The notes beneath the pieces were generated by a model that saw only the letters and a list, made by a program, of their open reading frames with translations, had not been told where the DNA came from and made no database searches. Shown here piece by piece: positions 9,893-20,000 of a DNA stretch of 20,000 nucleotides; the first letter of the stretch is position 1, and each line of letters begins with the position of its first letter. The DNA comes from Catajapyx aquilonaris. Lineage: Eukaryota. The position numbers were made by a program, and so were the translations under genes. The DNA lies in NCBI GenBank assembly GCA_000934665.2, contig JYFJ02001418.1:60838-80837 (forward strand), in the 5' to 3' direction.

Positions 9893-10440
9893 AATGTTGC
9901 TTAGGGAGTTGTCATAGTCACATTTCAATGCGACATAACGATTATGACGCAAGCTATACAATATGGATTTTTCCAGACCTTCACAATTATCATGGTAACT
10001 GAATACATAATAAGTCAGATGTAAAGTAAAGATTGGCGCCATGTCATGTCTTAATTGATGTGTACAGGACACGCGTAGCACAGTACTACCATCGTCGTAT
10101 TAGGAATTGTAATAATTGAAAAATACCTATGCTATTTTAAAAAACACTCGTTGCATTTACTTCGTTGACTTATAGAGGAAAGGAATAAATACACAATCCT
10201 TGTGAGCATAGAATAATTTATTTTCCTATGTGATACATTTCCCTCAAAAATGAAACAATGTCTTTCAGGCAATCCGCACTCTCCTGAGGCGACATAATAG
10301 TACAGGCACTTCTAATGTATATTCAACGCAGTTTGAATTAAAACATCTTCTGGCCAGGTCTTCTGAAACCGGCTGTGCGCATGATGGGCCTTACGACGAA
10401 GAAGAAAACCAGTTCAGCCGCACTGATGAAGCTGAATCCA
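9893..10440. repeat. Duplicated spacer plus last exon, homologous to ~13392-13900
   Basis: AATGTTGCTT..GGAGTTGTCATAGTCACA.TTCAATGCGACATAACGATT...GTAGCACAGTACTACCAT...TATTCAACGCAGTTTGAATTAAAACATCTTCTGGCCAGG occurs in both the A-B and B-C intervals, marking the tandem duplication unit. Confidence 0.85.
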
Positions 10441-13246
10441 ATGAAGACTCCAACTACTCCTCCGAAAGCAGCTGAAACATATTATGAAATCATTAAATTA
10501 AAACAAATTTCAAATACATCGAGAGTATACTGTACGTGCCTATCAGGTCATCCCAGGTGTACATGAGTTCTTGACGATATTGAACAAAACTGAGCTCCTT
10601 GAAGTACACTCGAAGTAAAACTAGGGACGATCTAGTTGGACAAACAATATTATATAGAGCTTAGCTTAGCAGGGATTAGGCCAATTAACAAAGAGTGTAA
10701 TTACATGTTCACATCTGAATTGGGCGGTAAAACCACGTCTTGCTTGAATAATGGATATTTGACTTGTGTCACCTCCGGAATGAAATTGGTTTCTTCGCAG
10801 CTGGCAGGACATATGCAACCCTTCATGGCCTCTATCTCATCATTCAGCGGAGTCTTGGGCAAATCCAGTGGTTTAACCGACGAAAATTTTCCTTAAAACA
10901 ATGTAATTGAAAGCCGGTAAATAGTACAGTATTATCCATTTGAAGAAAAATATATATTATACTCACGGCTGTGTTGGTTGATGCACAACATTTGGTCGTA
11001 ATCGCATATTTCGGCATCACCTGTAAAGTAAGACCTTTAGTACGTGCAAAAATATTGTAATGTCAATTACGTGCCTTGAAATGCGTAAATGTACGGAGTG
11101 CAATTGCAGGTCTTGGCCATTGCTCCGACCTTGCACTCCAGGAAGCAGTTTGGGTAGCTGTATGTCTTGTAGAAGCCCATCTCTCTTTCCTTTGAGAAGT
11201 AGCATTTCCTCCTTGCGAGGTCGAGATCACGTATGTCTTCTCCGCTGCGAGTGTTTGTCGCAGTAACTGCTGCAAATACCTCTTTTCCAGCACTGACTGC
11301 GAAACCTTCTGTGGCCACGTTGGGGAAATCTTCCGGATCGTGAATCAGCACCTGCCGAGAAATGATATCATACAATATATATTATTGTGTGCGAATTAAC
11401 TAAACTGATTTGTACCTTGAATCCGAGGAAGTTGTTGCTGTTTGCGAAGTATTCCTTTTCGTCCGGATCCAACAGGACGGTCAGACCCATGTTTGGTCCG
11501 CATCCATGCACTTTCTTTGGTTCGAATTCTTCTTCTTCAGTGATTGCAATCGTTTTCTTATCAGTTTCAGATTGTTTAGCGGTTTCCATATCCGATTCTG
11601 GCTTTGGAGCCTCCTCTCCCGCACCTTGTTGCTCGTCGTAAAAATCTTCCATTCCCCTGAAATTCAGTCATATTTGATCCTTCTGTGGACCAGCAGTATT
11701 AAGATGTGTGGTCAAAAGCTTGGTCCCTAAATGTCATGCCAAACAATGGTAGATCCGATGACTGAAGACTTAGACCTACTCAGGTTTGGTAGCTCTCATA
11801 GGTTCAGAGTTGAATCCCCAGCAGTATCCATCGTCTGTTCTTCTCAATTTGAACAGTTCCGAACAGTTCTTTCTTTCTCCAATCCACCAACATTTCAACG
11901 CCATCGCTTCCAGTGGCTGCATCACCTGCATGCAAGGACATTGTTAAGTCTATAAAACGACAATAATATTATGAAGATTGCATTATTTTACACTCTGCAT
12001 CAATTTGTCTGTGAAGTCCTCCTGATCATTGAAAGCATCCTTTATCGTCTTGTTCTCCAGCTTCTCTTCTCCTCCGACTTGTCCCATAAGAGAAAGAATG
12101 TCCACAATTTCCTTCACCACATACAACGAGTAGTGGCTCCACCTGCAAATGTCCCAACAATGATTTTACAGGTTACACTTATTATCTGCTTATTATAAAG
12201 GCAGAACTTGAGCCTTTTCTTACGGAGAATTGTTGGCTTCTTTCTCTACCAGTGATAAATACGCCTTGTTGACATTGCATATTGTCACTCCTGGAAAGGG
12301 AATGTTCCAGATGGGTTCTGCCGTTGACTCGACAGTGGTTAGGATTGGAGTCTCTGAATACTTTATGAAGAATGGCATCAGGAAAAGGATGGCCCCGATC
12401 AGACTCAGGATGAAGCAGCACAGCCAGAATATCCTGGGAATAAATACATGCTATCAGGTGAATTGACTTTTGCACATTACATCCCACAAAATACTGCACA
12501 GAAGATGACTTTACCGTGAGGAGAAAAATCAGAAATAGTGGGAGAACTGGAGAGATAATAATTTTATGTGAAAATGCAAACTAAAATTTTTGTTCACCGT
12601 GGATTTTCGTCTGAAGGACAGTGTATGCATGCAGAGCTGTGATTTCTCGAATCATAAACCTAAAGAGGATGTCCAGGGCAGCAAGACATTCCCTGGAGTC
12701 ACGCGATTAATAACCGCCTATATATAGACCCACGTCCTTTCTTAGAAATTATCTGTCGTATATAATTCTTCTTCCCGAAACAAACGAGACCAATTAAAAA
12801 GTAATTCATAAATATCCGTCTCGAAAACTTTACAACTCTTCCTATAGGACCAAGGACCAAGACCAACGCATGGAAAATTTTCAGCATACGCAACGACTCA
12901 CAAAACTAATACTACTCACAATTTTTTTTTGTCTTCTTGAACTATAAACTTGGAAGTTACATTACATACCATCACACAAAAATAATGATGTTTTACTTTA
13001 CCTTTCAACCTTGTACATTGACTCGTCGTGTACGAACTGCAATCCATGCAAAGATGTTCCAGAGCAATAATCCTTAACGCATTCCTTGGCTATCGACGCC
13101 TTGCTTTGTCTCTCCTGCTCGATGAGACTAGTCAGTGAAGGATTGTTGGTTATGCCCAGCTCTCTTTCCCAGTCGTACACTGGTTGCACCTTTGTTCGTC
13201 TCGTGGAAGCCCAATTAAATCTGTGCCTCCAATTTGTGTAATCCAT
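10338..13246 (-). CDS. ppk: DEG/ENaC (pickpocket-like) subunit, copy B, 10 coding exons, ~578 aa
   Basis: Exons 13246-13002, 12433-12224, 12142-11992, 11925-11780, 11656-11416, 11351-11075, 11020-10967, 10891-10705, 10631-10540, 10471-10338; 1737 nt. Exon sizes match copy A except exon 1 (18 nt shorter), and the motifs are the same (TSLHGL, FPGVTICN, GVFIGFS). GC donors at 11074 and 10539. Confidence 0.9.
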
Positions 13247-13799
13247 CAGGGTTGTCACGACTCATCCATCATGTCACACACTGGCTTGATCACTAACAGC
13301 CTGTGACATGTGACTAAACACTGTGCGAATCTGAATAGCTCACGAGAAAATGTATACAGTATACGTTTTTCGTCCTCTTACCATGGTAAAGAATGTTGCT
13401 TAAGGAGTTGTCATAGTCACAGTTCAATGCGACATAACGATTACGTCATAAGCTACACTATTGATTTTTCCAGACATTCATAATAATCATGATGAATGCA
13501 TAATAAATATTAATGGTATAGTCAGATGTCCTGTAAAGATTGGCTCCATGTCATGTCTTAAGTGATGTGTATATAGGACACGAACGTAGCACAGTACTAC
13601 CATTTAAGTCGTATTAGGAATTGTAATATTGAAAAAAATATAGATTCCACTTTATAAACATTCGTTGCATTTACTTCATTGAGGAATAAATAAACAATCC
13701 CATCAGTAGGCTGAGAATAATTTATTTTTCTATATACATTTCCCTCGAACATGTAACAATATCGTACAGGCACCTCTCTTGTATTCAACGCAGTTTGAA

Positions 13800-16153
13800 T
13801 TAAAACATCTTCTGGCCAGGTCTTCTGAAACCGGCTGTGCGCATGATGGGCCTTACGACGAAGAAGAAAACCAGTTCAGCCGCACTGATGAAGCTGAATC
13901 CTATGAAGAGGCCAACTACTCCTCCGAAAGCAGCTGAAACATATTCAATAAATCTTATATTCAGTTTTGAAAGAAGAAAAAAATGGATCATATTTTCAGT
14001 ACCGGTACCTAACAGGTCTTCCCAGGTGTACATAAGTTCTCGGCGATACTGCACGAAACTCAGCTCTTTGAAGTACACTCGAAGTAGAACGAGGGATGAT
14101 CTGGAATATTACACCAACGTGCATTACATAATTAACTGAAAAATAGTGCAAAATATATATTGGTCTTACATGTTCACATCTGAATTTGGAGGTAAAGCCA
14201 CGTCTTGCTTGAATAATGGATATTTGGCTTGTGTCACCTCCGGAATGAAATTGGTTTCTTCGCAGCTGGCAGGACATATGCAACCCTTCATGGCCTCTAT
14301 ATCCTTATTATGAGGAGTCTTGGGCAGATTCAGTGGTTTAACCGCCGAAAATTTTCCTTAAAACAATATTAATTGAAAGGTAGTATTCTCACTGAAAAAA
14401 ATGACACTTACGGCTGTGAGTGTTGATGCACAACATTTGGTCATAATCGCATATTTCGACATCACCTGTGAAGTAAGGCCTTTAATATGTGCAAAAAAAA
14501 AGTTGTATGGTTCACGTGCCTTGAAATGCGTAAATGTACGGAGCGCAATTGCAAGTCTTGGCCATTGCTCCGACCTTGCACTCCAGGAAGCAGTTTGGGT
14601 AACTGTACGTCTTAAGCCCATCTCTCTTTCCTTTGAGAAGTAGCAATTCCTCTCTGCGAGGTCGAGATCACGTATGTCTTCTCCGCTGCGAGTGTTTGTT
14701 GGAGTCACTGCAGCGAATATCTCGCTTCCAGCATTGGCTACGAAGCCTTCTGTGGCCCCGTTGGGGAAATCTTCCGGATCATGAATCAGCACCTGCCGAA
14801 AAATGATATCATATACAAGTATATTATCGTGTGCGAATTAACTAAACTGATTTTTACCTTGAATCCGAGAAAGTTGTTGCTGTTTGCGAAGTATTCCTTT
14901 TCGTCCGGATCCAACAGAACGGTCAGTCCCATGTTTGGTCCGCATCCATAAACTCTCTTTGATACGTATTTTTCTTCCATTGTGATTGCGGGAGTGTCCT
15001 CCTTAACCTTGAATTTACCTGGTGTTGCAGTAGTTGGTTCAGGCTTGGATGGTTCTTCCTCTTCTGTGCCTTGAATCTCGTCGTAAAAATCTTCAAATCC
15101 CCTGGAATAATAGAGAATCAATTATTGCTCCAGCGAGATTTTTATTGGATTTGGCTTTGGTGCAACAAGCTCTTACTCAGGTTTGGTGGCTCTCATAGGT
15201 TCAGAGTTGAATCCCCAGCAGTATCCATCGTCGGTTCTTCTCAATTTGAACAGCTCCGAACAGTTCTTTCTTTCTCCAATCCTCCAACATTTCAACGCCA
15301 TCGCTTCCAGTGGCTGCATCACCTGTTGAAAGGACATAATTAAATCTAAAACGACAATAATATTAAGCTCGGTTTCTTTTACACTTTGCATCAAATTGTC
15401 TGTGAAGTCCGCCTGCTCATTGAAAGCTTCCTTTATCGTCTTGTTCTCCTCCTTCTCTTCTCCTCCGACGTGTCCCATAAGCGAAAGAATGTCCACTATT
15501 TCCTTCACCACATACAACGAGTAGTTGCTCCACCTGCAATGATCGCAATAATAACTGTTGGTTCTAAAAAAAAGACATTTAATCATTTTCTTACGGAGAA
15601 TTGTTGGCTTCTTTCTCTACCAGTGAAAGATATGCCTTGTTGACATTGCATATTGTCGCCCCTGGAAATGGGATGTTCCAGATTGGTTCTGCCGTTGACT
15701 CAACAATGGTAAGGATTGGTGTCTCTGAATACTTTATGAAGAATGGCATCAGGAAAAGGATGGCCCCGATCAGACCCACGGTGAAGCAGCACAGCCAGAA
15801 TATCCTATATAGAAGTGAATTGAAAGAGATTAGTTATGAGTAAGTAGGAATAACTATATAAAATCACATCAGTAATATATTATTCCTGATTTTACCTTTC
15901 AACCTTGTACAGTCATAGATTCGTCTGTCACGAACTGCAGTCCATGCAGTGAAGTTCCGGAGCAATAATCATTTAGGCATTCCTTGGCTATCGACTCCTT
16001 GCTTTGTCTCTCCTTCTCTATTATATTCGCCTGGGAAAGATTGTTGGTTATTCCCAGCTCTCTTTTCCAGTCGTACAATGGTTGCACAGTAGTTGTTGTT
16101 CGTCTCGCCCAATTAAATGGGTTTCTAATCTGCCAATAATTTGTGTAATCCAT
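13800..16153 (-). pseudogene. ppk: DEG/ENaC (pickpocket-like) copy C, full-length with two 4-bp frameshifts
   Basis: Exons 16153-15896, 15804-15595, 15533-15383, 15322-15177, 15101-14858, 14792-14520, 14465-14412, 14356-14170, 14100-14009, 13933-13800. A +4 bp insertion (ATG-ACTG-TAC, ~15910-15913) gives ...ESMTVQG* instead of ESMYKVER. A -4 bp deletion at 14613/14614 gives GGC TT---- AAG vs GGC TTC TAC AAG. Splice sites are otherwise intact. Confidence 0.82.
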
Positions 16154-16717
16154 TAGAGTTGTCACATCTCATCCATCCTATTGCTGCCATTGATCACTTA
16201 CAGCCTGTAACACACTAACTTGTTACTAAACACTGTGTGAGCTGCATTAAATCATTAGATAATGTGCACGTAACTCTTCTGCTTACCATGGAGAAGATGG
16301 GACAGTCACGACCATTTTTCAACCCATGTCAATGCCTAACGAAATGTTGTGTTATATTAGGCTGTATTCCTGTCGACGCATTGCACCATTATTGTGATAG
16401 AAACCTGTCCAATTCCACTTATGGATCACACACATATCAACGTTTGGACACACGCAAAGATGATTTATATATCCAGAATGAGGTAATACCGTATATGACG
16501 TGGAATATTTTTCTAGATCGTGCCAACCAGCCTAATCATGCTTACCGAATACATATTGAATTTTGTCAGTTTGTTACGTAAAGCGTGGAGGTCATTCGTC
16601 CATGTATAGGGCTTTGCCATATTAAGTGATCACTACTATCAAAAGCATGGTACTTATTTTTGTATTTACCAGTACAACCATTAATCTTGTGTTAAGATTT
16701 GCATCTGTGAAATTTAA

Positions 16718-17263
16718 ATAGGTCGCAATCGCATATTTCGGCATCACTTGCATAAATGTACGGATAGCAATAATTGCAGATCTTGGCCATTGCTCCGACC
16801 TTGAACTCCAGGAAGCAATTATTTGGGTAGCTGTATGCATCAGAAGCCCTCCTTCCTTTTGAGAGGTTAGCATTTTCTCTCTGTGACGTCAAGTTCACGT
16901 ACGTCTTCTCCGCTGCGAGTGTTTGTCGCTGTTACTGCAGCAAATATCTCACTTTCCAGCATCGACTGCGAAACCTTCTGTGTGGCCATATTGGGAAATA
17001 TTGTGATACAGCACCTGCTGACAAATATTACATCAAAAAGTCTCGGAGGCGAATTTAACTAAAGTGCTTTTACCTTGAATCCGAGAAAGTTGTTGCTGTT
17101 TGCGAAGTATTTCCTTTTTCGTCCGGATCCAACAGAACGGTCAGTCCCTGGTCCACATCCATAAACTTTCTCTTGGTACGAAGTCTACTTCCTCAGCAGC
17201 TTTCGTCTTCTTATTGCTGGGTTTTCTAGGTGGCATCTCGTCATAAAAGTGTTAAATCTTCCC
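16718..17263 (-). pseudogene. Decayed DEG/ENaC fragment, copy D (remnants of exons 5-7)
   Basis: Recognisable pieces KVYGCGP..GLTVLLDPDEK..YFANSNNFLGFK|GT, EGFAV..IFAAVTATNTRSGED and YSYPNNCFLEFKVGAMAKICNYCYPYIYASDAEICD, with several indels. No exons 1-4 or 8-10 were found nearby. Confidence 0.85.
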
Positions 17264-17589
17264 CTGAAATTACTGCGATTTTGACTGTAGCCCTTGAAAA
17301 GCTATAACCCTTATTTTTAGAAATCCTGCTGCAAAGTAGGTCATTATCAAAACCAAGGCACGCCACATATTTCAGAACACAATTATCAGGAAACGCGAAA
17401 TTCTGAATTCGCACTTTTTTCACGTCCCAGGTGAAAACTAAAATATGCTTTGCCATCATGTTTCCTATCACATATCCAGAGCACGGAAATCATGATCCAT
17501 AAACAAAATTGAATATTATGATAGCCTGGTTTTGAAACTGTCAAGAGGGATATTCTCTACTTTGCTCCAGAGAGGTTGATAAATTATTA

Positions 17590-18034
17590 ATAAACAGAGT
17601 TGACACATTTTTATTTATTTATAAATAATATCGTTAAAATAATTTATGTACTGTACACCACAGTGTTATAGTAATTTCTGAAAAAAGTCCACGAGATATA
17701 AATATTTTTAAATTCAGTGGTAGATATTTTTGCAATAAAGAGGAGGAGGGTTGTGGCATCTCAAGTTCATTATTTAAATTACTAATTAATTCAATCCCAA
17801 GTAACAGATTAGTGTAGTGACAGTCATTTTTAGGATAGGCCACACAGAAATTCACTGTCCAAGGTGTAATCATATTTTATTTCAGTTGTTAACTATCAAC
17901 TTCAACTTTGCTGTCTTCCTAACTCCATTGTTATGCGATTGATAATAATTATTCATTCTAAATTCCATATAATCTTAATGAAGATTTTTTTATCGCATTT
18001 TGTTTATTGCCCCTACCACTCCCCTTTTTGGGTG
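17590..18034. mobile_element. Degenerate partial copy of the long-TIR DNA transposon seen at 19253-20000
   Basis: Similar to 19732-20000 in the same orientation (e.g. AATTTCTGAAAAAA.TCCAC; CACAGAAATTCACTGTCCAAGGT[G/A]TAATC). It continues with sequence that is the reverse complement of ~19285-19442 (TATTTCAGTTGTTAACT..; ATAATCTTAATG..; CCACTCC..TTTTTGGG). Many mismatches. Confidence 0.75.
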
Positions 18035-18648
18035 GGCTAACTGTATGTCCTTTCAATGACCTGATTATCAGACATGTTTCGTGAGTAATACATGAATATT
18101 ACTTCACATCATTGGATTTCTGCTCAAAGACGACTCAATATTGCGGTGCATATTACATTGCACAACTCAATTGCGCGGGTCTCCTGGAAACAATATTATT
18201 ATATACTTAATATCATCTGATTCTTGGAATTAAACGCAAGGTCGTTCTATGCACATATATGTTTCCCTTGGGACGGTTAATAGGCGAGTGTCGCAGTATG
18301 TTGTCCCAGCGAATAAAATGTCCTATACAGGTAACATTACAGATTCGGATTGGCGACAAATATCTTCTAAACATGCAATGCTACAATTATTTCCTATGAA
18401 ATTAATTATCTCAATTCTATCAAAGTGCGTCAGACCATTGATTCATTGCCGGATGTAACCTGACAAATCCATATAGGAAAATTTGTTTCAAACATTGCGG
18501 TTGCGGCCTATTGGTCATATATACTCACGACTATTATAGTTTACAAACTATGAGCAAGTTACATCCGTTACCTTACCGCATCCTTTTCCTATACATACGA
18601 TCTAACAACAAAATAAAAAGCAGAACAAACCAGTTTATTCCCGCATAA

Positions 18649-18790
18649 TATAAGCCACTCGATTCATAACACTTCCATCAGTTAACCAAGTGTCGGTACC
18701 GATTCAGGTAAGTCTGTTTGTTTGTTTGTTTGTTTGTTTGTTTGTTTGTTTTCTTTGTTACTATATAGATTAAATTATTATTTTTTATAG
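18649..18790 (+). promoter_or_regulatory. Core promoter, non-coding first exon and 5'-UTR intron of innexin gene 4
   Basis: TATAAG at 18649-18654; canonical arthropod Inr TCAGTT at 18678-18683 (A+1 = 18680, TATA at -31); donor CAG|GTAAGT at 18708; acceptor TTTTTTATAG| at 18790, 1 nt before the ATG. Confidence 0.7.
18716..18751. repeat. (GTTT)9 microsatellite
   Basis: Perfect tetranucleotide run within the 5'-UTR intron of innexin 4. Confidence 0.95.
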
Positions 18791-18791
18791 G

Positions 18792-19074
18792 ATGGCCTTT
18801 GCGTGCTTCAAGTTTCGTCCGACCATAACTGGCAGCGTGTTTCGTCTCCACTCCTGCGTGACCACTGCCATATTTTTCATCTGCTCCCTGGTGACCTCCC
18901 TGGTCTACTTGACCCTTGACACCAAAGTGTCATGCATCGGAAACTTCGATACATCGTTTCCACGAGATGCTGTCGACAACTACTGCTGGAACATTCCGTC
19001 AACAAAATCCGGTCCCGATCCTGCTTTTAATCCGACGTACTACCATTGGCTGCCTTTCCTTCTGGTCGTTCATG
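18792..19074 (+). CDS. inx: Innexin-family gene 4, first coding exon (rest beyond window)
   Basis: MAFACFKFRPTITGSVFRLHSCVTTAIFFICSLVTSLVY...VSC...DNYCW...YYHWLPFLLVVH-G|GTAAAT, with the same phase-1 donor position as genes 2 and 3. No second exon was found before 20000. Confidence 0.88.
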
Positions 19075-19217
19075 GTAAATAATAATAATAATTATATCTG
19101 ACGTTTAAAACTATAATTATTTCATATTCTTAAAAAAAAGTATGCAACAAGAAGAGCCCCGCCGTTCTTCACACGGCTCGTTTCGGCGAAACTTGTCCAA
19201 CAAACAAACAAATGTTG

Positions 19218-19220
<3 letters not shown>

Positions 19221-19252
<32 letters not shown>
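19221..19252. repeat. (TA)16 microsatellite
   Basis: Perfect TA run directly abutting the proposed left end of the TIR element. Confidence 0.95.
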
Positions 19253-19255
<3 letters not shown>

Positions 19256-20000
19256 TTGCTCTGATCTGAAAATATTGGGACACCCCCAAAAAATGGAGTG
19301 GTGGGGTTATACACAGGATGTGATAAAAAGTTTCCATTAAGATTATCTGGACTTTAGAATGGATAATTATGAATAGTAACAATTGAGCTAGGAGGATACC
19401 AAATTTGAAGTTCATTTGACAGTTAACAACTGAAATAAATACGATTATACCTTGGACAGTGAATTTCTGTGGGGTCTGGTAAAAATTGCTGCCACTATGT
19501 TAATTTCTTACTTAGCGGGAGGTAAATGTTGATAATGAACATGAGGGGCCGCACAAACCCAAAAACAGTTATGACATTAATTACAAAAAATCTAGCACAA
19601 AATTAAAAAATATTTATCATGGCTTGCAGATATGCCATTTTCTGTGCATTTTTGAATTAAGGAATATTTAAAGCCATTTTACTTTAATTGCAATGAAATT
19701 TTTTATCATTGCACATTGGACTGAGTTCTAGATAAACAATACTATCACATTTTAATTTATTAATAAATAACACCGTTAAATGTGGTACAGCCAAGTGTAT
19801 CAATTTCTGAAAAAATCCACTTGCGATAAATATTTTTTAATTTTGTGCTAGATTTTTTGTAATTAATGTCATAACTGTTTTTGGGTTTGTGCGGCCCCTC
19901 ATGTTCATTATCAACATTTACATCCCGCTAAGTAAGAAATTAACATAGTGGCAGCAATTTTTACCAGACCCCACAGAAATTCACTGTCCAAGGTATAATC
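19253..20000. mobile_element. Young non-autonomous long-TIR DNA transposon (MITE/foldback-like), right end beyond window
   Basis: 19443-19618 is the reverse complement of 19825-20000 (176 bp, one mismatch seen: GGGAGGTAAA vs GGGATGTAAA), around a 206-bp non-coding core. The older copy at 17590-18034 indicates the TIR extends to at least ~19285. The left end TA|CAC follows a (TA)n run. Confidence 0.85.

Noticed and set aside
14612..15913. Compensatory +4/-4 frameshifts restoring copy C
   Set aside because: The first shift hits a stop within a few codons, several exons before the second.
6865..16000. Repeated + strand ORFs (e.g. 6865-7236, 8198-8485, 10636-10896, 11971-12198, 15386-15643)
   Set aside because: They are antisense shadows of ppk exons and recur only because the ppk genes are duplicated.
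1..20000. Prokaryotic systems (CRISPR array, operon, defence island) and tRNA/rRNA genes
   Set aside because: The DNA is intron-containing and eukaryotic, with no regularly spaced repeats and no recognisable structural RNA genes.

Overview
This is AT-rich eukaryotic genomic DNA with many short (55-80 nt) spliceosomal introns, most likely from an arthropod, probably an insect (inferred from the gene families and a TATA + TCAGTT initiator). It holds two interleaved tandem arrays of membrane-channel genes. On the + strand are four divergent innexin-family genes: the 3' end of one (1-210), two complete (1458-2588, 4247-5504) and the first coding exon of a fourth (18792-19074). Between innexins 3 and 4, on the - strand, is a DEG/ENaC (pickpocket-like) array: two intact 10-exon genes (A 6569-9358, B 10338-13246), a full-length copy with two 4-bp frameshifts (C 13800-16153) and a decayed fragment (D ~16718-17263). 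Notable details include GC-AG introns (one is GT in a paralog), copy B as an apparent A/C chimera lacking an upstream block, and loss of canonical innexin motifs (YYQW, NEK). There is also a young long-TIR transposon in the innexin 4 intron, an older relative of it at ~17.6-18.0 kb, and a small inverted-repeat element in the innexin 3 intron. Exon models were built by hand from splice consensus, reading phase and paralog comparison; no database search was run, and gene symbols are family-level only.
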